Source: Utricularia gibba | Lineage: Eukaryota > Plantae > Magnoliophyta | Assembly (NCBI GenBank): GCA_002189035.1 | Contig: NEEC01000093.1 | Location: 1-41,444 of the forward strand | Length of the DNA: 41,444 bases | Reading direction: 5' to 3' | In this document: piece by piece, positions 12,650-23,650 of the stretch | Layout: every line of letters starts with the position of its first letter | Position numbering within the stretch: the stretch's first letter is position 1 | The notes under the pieces: generated by a model | Database searches by the model: none | Seen by the model: the letters and a program-made list of their open reading frames with translations, nothing else | What the model was told of the DNA's origin: nothing | Made by a program: the position numbers and the translations under genes

Positions 12650-15600
12650 GTTTTCATGCGAAAGGATTTCTCGGCTTGCGAAAGACGCGTGATTCGTTAA
12701 TATATATCAAAATCTTGAATTTCGCGGCATTCTCATGCGTTTCTCCGAGTGTGCTCGGGCCCTAGGACTTCCTACACCAAGGGGTGGCCTCGCGCAGCCT
12801 TCGCCATTAACGCAACATCGTCCAAACCGTTTAGAGTCACGTGACACACAACATGCCGTTTCACAGCTCATTCTGAGACGATCGTTTTTCGTGATGGGAG
12901 ATCGCCCATCCGAGGAAAGTTCGAAGCTCGACGGATGGCCCTATATAAGCCTTCAATGGTGTCACAAAATGGTCTAGCCATTGGGACGTTGGGACTCGTT
13001 TGCTCATTTTCATGCGAAAGTGATTCTCGGCTTGCGAAACACGCGTGATTCGTTAATATATGTCAAAATCTCTAATTTCGCGGCATTCTCATGCGTTTCT
13101 ACGGGTGTGCTCGGTCCCTGGGACTTCCTACACCAAGGGGTGGCCTCGCGCAGCCTTCGCCATTGACGCCACATCGTCCAAACCGTTTAGAGTCACGCAA
13201 CACACAGCATACCGCTTCGAAGCTCATTCCGAGACGGTTGTTTTTTGTGTTGGGAGCTCGCCCATCCGACGAAAGTTCGAAGGTCGAAGGATGGCCTTAT
13301 ATTAGCCTTCAATGGTGTCACAAAATGGTCTAGCCATTGGGGACGTTGCGACTCCTTTGCTCGTTTTCATGCGAAAGTTGTTCTCGGCTTGCGAAACACG
13401 CGTGATTCTTTAATGTATGTCAAAATCTTGAATTTCACGGCATTCTCATGCGTTTCTCCGAGTGTGCTCGAACCCTGGGACTTTCTAACCCAAGGGGTGG
13501 CCTCGCGCAGCCTTCGCCATTGACGCAACATCGTCCAAACCGTTTAGAGTCACGTGACACACAACATGCCGTTTCACAGCTCATTCTGAGACGATCGTTT
13601 TTCGTGTTGGGAGCTCGCCCATCTGAGGAAAGTTCGAAGCTCGACGGATGGCCCTATATAAGCCTTCAATGGTGTCACAAAATGGTCTAGCCATTGGGGA
13701 CGTTGGGACTCGTTTGCTCATTTTCATGCGAAAGTGATTCTCGGCTTGCGAAACACGCGTGATTCGTTAATATATGTCAAAATCTCTAATTTCGCGGCAT
13801 TCTCATGCGTTTCTACGGGTGTGCTCGGTCCCTGGGACTTCCTACACCAAGGGGTGGCCTCGCGCAGCCTTCGCAATTGACGCCACATCGTCCAAACCGT
13901 TTAGAGTCACGCGACACACAGCTTACCGTTTCGAAGCTGATTCTGACACGATCGTTTTTCGTGTTGGGATCTCGCCCAGCAGAGGAAAGTTTGAAGCTCG
14001 AAGGATGGCCTTATATTAGCCTTCAAAGGTGTCACAAAATGGCCTAGCCATTAGGGACGTTGCGGCTCCTTTGCTCGTTTTTATGCGAAAATTGTTCTCG
14101 GCTTGCGAAACACGCGTGATTCGTTAATATATGTCAAAATCTTGAATTTCGCGGCATTCTCATGCGTTTCTACGGGTGTGCTCGGGCCCCGGGACTTCCT
14201 ACACCAAGGGGTGGCCTCGCGCAGCCTTCGCCTTTCACGCCACATCGTCCAAACCATTTAGAGTCACGCAACACACAGCATACCGTTTCGAAACTCATTC
14301 CGAGACGGTCGTTTTTCGTGTTGCGAGCTCGCCCATCCGAGGAAAGTTCGAAGGTCGAAGGATGGCCTTATATTAGCCTTCAATGGTGTCACAAAATGGT
14401 CTAGCCATTGGGGACGTTGCGACTCCTTTGCTCGTTTTCATGCGAAAGGATTTCTCGGCTTGCGAAAGACGCGTGATTCGTTAATATATATCAAAATCTT
14501 GAATTTCGCGGCATTCTCATGCGTTTCTCCGAGTGTGCTCGGGCCCTAGGACTTCCTACACCAAGGGGTGGCCTCGCGCAGCCTTCGCCATTAACGCAAC
14601 ATCGTCCAAACCGTTTAGAGTCACGTGACACACAACATGCCGTTTCACAGCTCATTCTGAGACGATCGTTTTTCGTGATGGGAGATCGCCCATCCGAGGA
14701 AAGTTCGAAGCTCGACGGATGGCCCTATATAAGCCTTCAATGGTGTCACAAAATGGTCTAGCCATTGGGACGTTGGGACTCGTTTGCTCATTTTCATGCG
14801 AAAGTGATTCTCGGCTTGCGAAACACGCGTGATTCGTTAATATATGTCAAAATCTCTAATTTCGCGGCATTCTCATGCGTTTCTACGGGTGTGCTCGGTC
14901 CCTGGGACTTCCTACACCAAGGGGTGGCCTCGCGCAGCCTTCGCCATTGACGCCACATCGTCCAAACCGTTTAGAGTCACGCAACACACAGCATACCGCT
15001 TCGAAGCTCATTCCGAGACGGTTGTTTTTTGTGTTGGGAGCTCGCCCATCCGACGAAAGTTCGAAGGTCGAAGGATGGCCTTATATTAGCCTTCAATGGT
15101 GTCACAAAATGGTCTAGCCATTGGGGACGTTGCGACTCCTTTGCTCGTTTTCATGCGAAAGTTGTTCTCGGCTTGCGAAACACGCGTGATTCTTTAATGT
15201 ATGTCAAAATCTTGAATTTCACGGCATTCTCATGCGTTTCTCCGAGTGTGCTCGAACCCTGGGACTTTCTAACCCAAGGGGTGGCCTCGCGCAGCCTTCG
15301 CCATTGACGCAACATCGTCCAAACCGTTTAGAGTCACGTGACACACAACATGCCGTTTCACAGCTCATTCTGAGACGATCGTTTTTCGTGTTGGGAGCTC
15401 GCCCATCTGAGGAAAGTTCGAAGCTCGACGGATGGCCCTATATAAGCCTTCAATGGTGTCACAAAATGGTCTAGCCATTGGGGACGTTGGGACTCGTTTG
15501 CTCATTTTCATGCGAAAGTGATTCTCGGCTTGCGAAACACGCGTGATTCGTTAATATATGTCAAAATCTCTAATTTCGCGGCATTCTCATGCGTTTCTAC

Positions 15601-16728
15601 GGGTGTGCTCGGTCCCTGGGACTTCCTACACCAAGGGGTGGCCTCGCGCAGCCTTCGCAATTGACGCCACATCGTCCAAACCGTTTAGAGTCACGCGACA
15701 CACAGCTTACCGTTTCGAAGCTGATTCTGACACGATCGTTTTTCGTGTTGGGATCTCGCCCAGCAGAGGAAAGTTTGAAGCTCGAAGGATGGCCTTATAT
15801 TAGCCTTCAAAGGTGTCACAAAATGGCCTAGCCATTAGGGACGTTGCGGCTCCTTTGCTCGTTTTTATGCGAAAATTGTTCTCGGCTTGCGAAACACGCG
15901 TGATTCGTTAATATATGTCAAAATCTTGAATTTCGCGGCATTCTCATGCGTTTCTACGGGTGTGCTCGGGCCCCGGGACTTCCTACACCAAGGGGTGGCC
16001 TCGCGCAGCCTTCGCCTTTCACGCCACATCGTCCAAACCATTTAGAGTCACGCAACACACAGCATACCGTTTCGAAACTCATTCCGAGACGGTCGTTTTT
16101 CGTGTTGCGAGCTCGCCCATCCGAGGAAAGTTCGAAGGTCGAAGGATGGCCTTATATTAGCCTTCAATGGTGTCACAAAATGGTCTAGCCATTGGGGACG
16201 TTGCGACTCCTTTGCTCGTTTTCATGCGAAAGGATTCTCGGCTTGCGAAAGACGCGTGATTCGTTAATATATATCAAAATCTTGAATTTCGCGGCATTCT
16301 CATGCGTTTCTCCGAGTGTGCTCGGGCCCTAGGACTTCCTACACCAAGGGGTGGCCTCGCGCAGCCTTCGCCATTAACGCAACATCGTCCAAACCGTTTA
16401 GAGTCACGTGACACACAACATGCCGTTTCACAGCTCATTCTGAGACGATCGTTTTTCGTGATGGGAGATCGCCCATCCGAGGAAAGTTCGAAGCTCGACG
16501 GATGGCCCTATATAAGCCTTCAATGGTGTCACAAAATGGTCTAGCCATTGGGGACGTTGGGACTCGTTTGCTCATTTTCATGCGAAAGTGATTCTCGGCT
16601 TGCGAAACACGCGTGATTCGTTAATATATGTCAAAATCTCTAATTTCGCGGCATTCTCATGCGTTTCTACGGGTGTGCTCGGTCCCTGGGACTTCCTACA
16701 CCAAGGGGTGGCCTCGCGCAGCCTTCGC
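12650..16728. repeat. Higher-order repeat, 5-monomer period (~1,784 bp), about 2.3 copies
   Basis: Identical translated monomers at offset 1,783-1,784 (12735/14519/16302, 13091/14875, 13448/15232, 13805/15589, 14162/15946). The order is F-A-B-H-D. Confidence 0.92.
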
Positions 16729-19700
16729 AATTGACGCCACATCGTCCAAACCGTTTAGAGTCACGCGACACACAGCTTACCGTTTCGAAGCTGATTCTGA
16801 CACGATCGTTTTTCGTGTTGGGATCTCGCCCAGCAGAGGAAAGTTTGAAGCTCGAAGGATGGCCTTATATTAGCCTTCAAAGGTGTCACAAAATGGCCTA
16901 GCCATTAGGGACGTTGCGGCTCCTTTGCTCGTTTTTATGCGAAAATTGTTCTCGGCTTGCGAAACACGCGTGATTCGTTAATATATGTCAAAATCTCTAA
17001 TTTCGCGGCATTCTCATGCGTTTCTACGGGTGTGCTCGGTCCCTGGGACTTCCTACACCAAGGGGTGGCCTCGCGCAGCCTTCGCCATTGACGCCACATC
17101 GTCCAAACCGTTTAGAGTCACGCAACACACAGCATACCGCTTCGAAGCTCATTCCGAGACGGTTGTTTTTTGTGTTGGGAGCTCGCCCATCCGACGAAAG
17201 TTCGAAGGTCGAAGGATGGCCTTATATTAGCCTTCAATGGTGTCACAAAATGGTCTAGCCATTGGGGACGTTGCGACTCCTTTGCTCGTTTTCATGCGAA
17301 AGTTGTTCTCGGCTTGCGAAACACGCGTGATTCTTTAATGTATGTCAAAATCTTGAATTTCACGGCATTCTCATGCGTTTCTCCGAGTGTGCTCGAACCC
17401 TGGGACTTTCTAACCCAAGGGTGGCCTCGCGCAGCCTTCGCCATTGACGCAACATCGTCCAAACCGTTTAGAGTCACGTGACACACAACATGCCGTTTCA
17501 CAGCTCATTCTGAGACGATCGTTTTTCGTGTTGGGAGCTCGCCCATCCGAGGAAAGTTCGAAGCTCGATGGATGGCCCTATATAAGCCTTCAATGGTGTC
17601 ACAAAATGGTCTAGCCATTGGGGACGTTGGGACTCGTTTGCTCATTTTCATGCGAAAGTGATTCTCGGCTTGCGAAACACGCGTGATTCGTTAATATATG
17701 TCAAAATCTCTAATTTCGCGGCATTCTCATGCGTTTCTACGGGTGTGCTCGGTCCCTGGGACTTCCTACACCAAGGGGTGGCCTCGCGCAGCCTTCGCAA
17801 TTGACGCCACATCGTCCAAACCGTTTAGAGTCACGCAACACACAGCATACCGCTTCGACGCTCATTCCGAGATGGTTGTTTTTTGTGTTGGGATCTCGCC
17901 CAGCAGAGGAAAGTTTGAAGCTCGAAAGATGGCCTTATATTAGCCTTCAAAGGTGTCACAAAATGGCCTAGCCATTGGGGACGTTGGGACTCCTTTGCTC
18001 GTTTTCATGCGAAAGTGATTCTCGGCTTGCGAAACACGCGTGATTCGTTAAGATATGTCACAATCTTGAATTTCGTAGCATTCTTATGCATTTCTCCGAG
18101 TGTGCTCGGGCTCTGGGACTTCCTACACCAAGGGGTGGCCTCGCGCAGCCTTCGCCATTGACGCCACATCTTCAAAACCGTTTACAGTCACGTCGCACAA
18201 AGCATACCGTTTCGAAGCTTTTTCCGAGACGGTCGTTTTTCGTGTTGGCAGCTCGCCCAGCCGAGGAAAGTTTGAAGCTCGAAGGATGGCCTTATATTAG
18301 TCTTCAACGGTCTCACAAAATGGCCTAGCCATTGGAGACGTTGCGACTCATTTGCTCGTTTTCATGCGAAAGTTGATCTCGGCTTGCGAGACACGCGTGA
18401 TTCTTTAATGTATGTCAAAATCTTGAATTTCACGGCATTCTCATGCGTTTCTCCGAGTGTGCTCGAACCCTGGGACTTTCTAACCCAAGGGTGGCCTCGC
18501 GCAGCCTTCGCAATTGACGCCACATCGTCCAAACCGTTTAGAGTCACGCGACACACAGCTTACCGTTTCGAAGCTGATTCCGAGACGGTCGTTTTTCGTG
18601 TTGGCAGCTCGCCCAGCCGAGGAAAGTTTGAAGCTCGAAGGATGGCCTTATATTAGTCTTCAACGGTCTCACAAAATGGCCTAGCCATTGGAGACGTTGC
18701 GACTCATTTGCTCGTTTTCATGCGAAAGTTGATCTCGGCTTGCGAGACACGCGTGATTCTTTAATGCATGTCAAAATCTTGAATTTCACGGCATTCTCAT
18801 GCGTTTCTCCGAGTGTGCTCGAACCCTGGGACTTTCTAACCCAAGGGGTGGCCTCGCGCAGCCTTCGCAATTGACGCCACATCGTCCAAACCGTTTAGAG
18901 TCACGCGACACACAGCTTACCGTTTCGAAGCTGATTCCGAGACGGTCGTTTTTCGTGTTGGGATCTCGCCCAGCAGAGGAAAGTTTGAAGCTCGAAGGAT
19001 GGCCTTATATTAGCCTTCAAAGGTGTCACAAAATGGCCTAGCCATTGGGGACGTTGCGACTCCTTTGCTCGTTTTCATGCGAAAGTTGTTCTCGGCTTGC
19101 GAAACACGCGTGATTCTTTAACGTATGTCAAAATCTTGAATTTCACGGCATTCTCATGCGTTTCTCCGAGTGTGCTCGAACCCTGGGACTTTCTAACCCA
19201 AGGGGTGGCCTCGCGCAGCCTTCGCAATTGACGCCACATCGTCCAAACCGTTTAGAGTCACGCGACACACAGCTTACCGTTTCGAAGCTGATTCTGAGAC
19301 GGTCGTTTTTCGTGTTGGGATCTCGCCCAGCAGAGGAAAGTTTGAAGCTCGAAGGATGGCCTTATATTAGTCTTCAACGGTCTCACAAAATGGCCTAGCC
19401 ATTGGTGACGTTGCGACTCCTTTGCTCGTTTTCATGCGAAAGTTGTTCTCGACTTGCGAAACACGCGTGATTCTTTAATGTATGTCAAAATCTTGAATTT
19501 CACGGCATTCTCATGCGTTTCTCCGAGTGTGCTCGAACCCTGGGACTTTCTAACCCAAGGGGTGGCCTCGCGCAGCCTTCGCAATTGACGCCACATCGTC
19601 CAAACCGTTTAGAGTCACGCGACACACAGCTTACCGTTTCGAAGCTGATTCCGACACGGTCGTTTTTCGTGTTGGGATCTCGCCCAGCAGAGGAAAGTTT

Positions 19701-21074
19701 GAAGCTCGAAGGATGGCCTTATATTAGCCTTCAAAGGTGTCACAAAATGGCCTAGCCATTAGGGACGTTGCGGCTCCTTTGCTCGTTTTTATGCAAAAAT
19801 TGTTCTCGGCTTGCGAAACACGCGTGATTCGTTAATATATGTCAAAATCTTGAATTTCGCGGCATTCTCATGCGTTTCTACGGGTGTGCTCGGGCCCCGG
19901 GACTTCCTACACCAAGGGGTGGCCTCGCGCAGCCTTCGCCTTTCACGCCACATCGTCCAAACCAGTTAGAGTCACGCGACACACAGCTTACCGTTTCGAA
20001 GCTGATTCCGAGACGGTCGTTTTTCGTGTTGGGAACTCGCCCAGCAGAGGAAAGTTTGAAGCTCGAAGGATGGCCTTATATTAGCCTTCAATGGTGTCAC
20101 AAAATGGCCAAGCCATTGTGGACGTTGTGATTCGTTGGCCCGTTTTGATGCGAAAGTTGTAATGGGCTTCCAAAACTCGCGTGATTCACTAATATATGTT
20201 AAATTCTAGAATTTCGCGGCATTCTCATGCGTTTCTCCGGGTGTGCTCGAGCCCTAGGACTTCCTACACCAAGGGGTGGCCTCGTGCAACATTCGCAATT
20301 GACGCCACATCATCCAAATCGTTTAGAGTCACGCGACACACAGTATACCGTTTCGAAGCTCATTCTGAGACAGTCGTTTATCGTGTTGGGAGCTCGCCTA
20401 TTAAAACAAAGTTTGAAGCACGAGGACTGGCCTTATATAAGCCTTCAACGGTGTCACAAAATGGCCAAGCCTTTGGGGACGTTGGGACTCGTTTGCTCGT
20501 TTTCATGCGAAAATGATTCTCGGCTTGCGAAACACGCGTGATTCGTTATTATATGTCAAAATCTTGAATTTCGCGGCATTCTCATGCGTTTCTACGGGTG
20601 TGTTCGGGCCCTGAGACTTCTTACACCAAGGGGTGGCCTCGCGCAGCCTTCGCAATTGACGCCACATCGTCCGAACCGTTTAGAGTCACGCGACACACAG
20701 CATACCGTTTCGAAGCTTATTCCGAGACGGTCGTTTTTTGTGTGGGGAGATCGCCCATCCGAGGAAAGTTGGAAGCTCGAAGGATGGCCTTCTATTAGCC
20801 TTTAATGGTGTCACAAAATGGTCTAGCCATTGAGGACGTTGCAACTCCTTTGCTCGTTTTTATGCGAAAATTGTTTTTGGATTGGGAAACACTCGTGATT
20901 CGTTAATATATGTCAAAAGCTTGAATTTCACGGCATTCTCATGCCTTTCTCCGAGTGTGCTCGAGCCCTGGGACTTCCTACACCAAGGGGTGGCCTCGTG
21001 CAGCCATCGCCAATGACGCCACATCTTCCAACCCGTTTAGAGTCACGTGGCACAAAGCATACCGTTTCGAAGCC

Positions 21075-21928
21075 TATTCTTAGACGGTCGTTTTTCGTGT
21101 TAGGAGCTGGCCCATCCGAGGAAAGTTCGAAGCTCGAAGCATGGCCTTCTATTAGCCTTTAATGGTGTCACAAAATGGTCTAGCCATTAGGGACGTTGCG
21201 ACTTCTTTGCTCGTTTTCATGCGAAAGTTGTTCTCGGCTTTCGAAACACGCGTGATTCTTTAATATATGTCAAAATCTTGAATTTCGCAGCATTCTCAAG
21301 CGTTTCTCCGAGTGTGCTCGGGCCCTGGGACTTCCCACACCAAGGGGTGACCTCGCGCAGCCTTCGCAATTGACGCCACATCTTCCAACCCGTTTAGAGT
21401 CACGCGACACACAGCATACCGTTTCGAAGCTCATTCTTAGACGGTCGTTTTTCGTGTTAGGAGCTGGCCCATCCGAGGAAAGTTCGAAGCTCGAAGCATG
21501 GCCTTCTATTAGCCTTTAATGGTGTCACAAAATGGTCTAGCCATTAGGGACGTTGCGACTTCTTTGCTCGTTTTCATGCGAAAGTTGTTCTCGGCTTTCG
21601 AAACACGCGTGATTCTTTAATATATGTCAAAATCTTGAATTTCGCAGCATTCTCAAGCGTTTCTCCGAGTGTGCTCGGGCCCTGGGACTTCCCACACCAA
21701 GGGGTGACCTCGCGCAGCCTTCGCAATTGACGCCACATCTTCCAACCCGTTTAGAGTCACGCGACACACAGCATACCGTTTCGAAGCTCATTCTTAGACG
21801 GTCGTTTTTCGTGTTAGGAGCTGGCCCATCCGAGGAAAGTTCGAAGCTCGAAGCATGGCCTTCTATTAGCCTTTAATGGTGTCACAAAATGGTCTAGCCA
21901 TTAGGGACGTTGCGACTTCTTTGCTCAT
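21075..21928. repeat. Near-perfect monomer-scale tandem amplification (about 2.4 periods) with private variants
   Basis: Private variants tcttagacgg, ttaggagctggccc, gaagcatggccttctattag and acttctttgctc occur three times at 357-bp spacing; tctcaagcg and ggggtgacctc occur twice. Confidence 0.85.
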
Positions 21929-23650
21929 TTTCATGCGAAAGTTGTTCTCGGCTTGCGAAACACGCGTGATTCGTTAATATATGTCAAAATCTTGAATTTC
22001 GCGGCATTCTCATGCGTTTCTCTGGGTGTGCTCGGGCCCTGGGAATTCCTACACCAAGGGGTGGCCTCGCGCAGCCCTCACCATTGACGCCACATCGTCC
22101 AAACCGTTTACAGTCACGCGACACACAGCATACCGTTTCGAAGCTCATTCTGAGACGATCGTTTTTCGTGTTGGGAGTTCGCCCATCCGAGGAAAGTTCG
22201 AAGCTCGACGGATGGCCCTATATAAGCCTTGAATGGTGTCACAAAATGGCCTAGCCATTGGGGACGTTGCAACTCCTTTGCTCGTTTTTATGCGAAAGTT
22301 GTTCTCGGCTTGCGAAACACGCGTGATTCGTTAATATATGTCAAAATCTTGAATTTCGCGGCATTCTCATGCGTTTCTCCGAGTGTGCTCGGGCCCTAGG
22401 ACTTCCCACACCAAGGGGTGGCCTCGCGCAGCCTTTGCAATTGACGCCACATCGTCCAAACCGTTTAGAGTCACGCGACACACAGCATACCGTTTCGAAG
22501 CTCATTTCGAGACGGTCGTTTTTCGTGTTGGGAGCTCCCCAATCCGAGGAAAGTTCGTAGATCGAAGGATGGCCTTCTATTAGCCTTTAATGGTGTCACA
22601 AAATGGTCTAGCCATTGGGCACGTTGCAACTCCTTTGCTCGTTTTTATGCAAAAATTGTTCTCGGATTGCGAAACACGCGTGAGTCGTTAATATATGTGA
22701 AAAGCTTGACGTTCGCGGCATTCTCATGCGTTTCTACGAGTGTGCTCGGGCCCTGGGACATCCTACACCAAGGGGTGGCCTCGCGCAACCTTCGCAATTG
22801 ACGCCACATTGTCCGGACCGTTTAGAGTCACGCGACACACAGTATACTGTTTCGAAGCTGATTCCGAGACGGTCGTTTTTCGTGTTGGGATCTCGCTCAG
22901 CCGAGGAAAGTTTGAAGCTCGAAGGATAGCCTTATATTAGCCTTCAAAGGTGTCACAAAATGGCCTAGCCATTGGGGACGTTGGGACTCGTTTGCTCGTT
23001 TTGATGCGAATGTGATTCTCGGCTTGCGAAACACGCGTGATTCGTTAATATATGTCAAAATCTTGAATTTCGCGGCATTCTCATGCGTTTCTCCGAGTGT
23101 GCTCGGGCTCTGGGACTTCCTACACCAAGGGGTGGCCTCGCGCAGCCTTCACTATTGACGCCACATCTTCCAAACCGTTTACAGTCACGTCGCACAAAGC
23201 ATACCGTTTGCGACTCCTTTGCTCGTTTTCATGCAAAAGGATTTCTCGGCGTGCGAAAGACGCGTGATTCGTTAATATATGTCAAAATCTTGAATTTCGC
23301 GGCATTCTCATGCGTTTCTCCAAGTGTGCTCGGGCCCTGGGACTTTCTAACCCAAGGGGTGGCCTCGCGCAGCCTTCGCAATCGACGCCGTATCTTCCTA
23401 ACCGTCTTGATTCACGCGACACACAGCATACCGTTTCTAAGCTCATTCTGAGACGGTCGTTTTTCGTATTGGGAGCTCGCCCATCCGAGGAAAGTTTGAA
23501 GCTCGAAGGATGGCCTTATATTAGCCTTCAATGATGTCACAAAATGGCCTAGCCATTGTGGACGTTGTGATTCGTTGGCCCGTTTTGATGCGAAAGTTGT
23601 TATGGGCTTCCAAAACTCGCGTGATTCACTAATATATGTTAAATTCTAGA

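Larger units (their letters stand above)
1..23650. repeat. Tandem satellite array, homogeneous core, 357-bp monomer, about 66 copies; truncated at the left window edge
   Basis: The same motif string (ggggtggcctcgcgcagccttcgc...gagtcacg...ttcgaagctc...tggtgtcacaaaatgg...acgcgtgattc...ttctcatgcgtttc) recurs throughout. Homologous ATGs in the ORF track fall at 7385, 7742, 8456, 8813, 9170 and 18799, 19156, 19513, 19870, 20227, 20584, 20941, i.e. multiples of 357. Monomers in 1-7 kb are a few nt shorter because of scattered 1-nt deletions. Confidence 0.98.
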
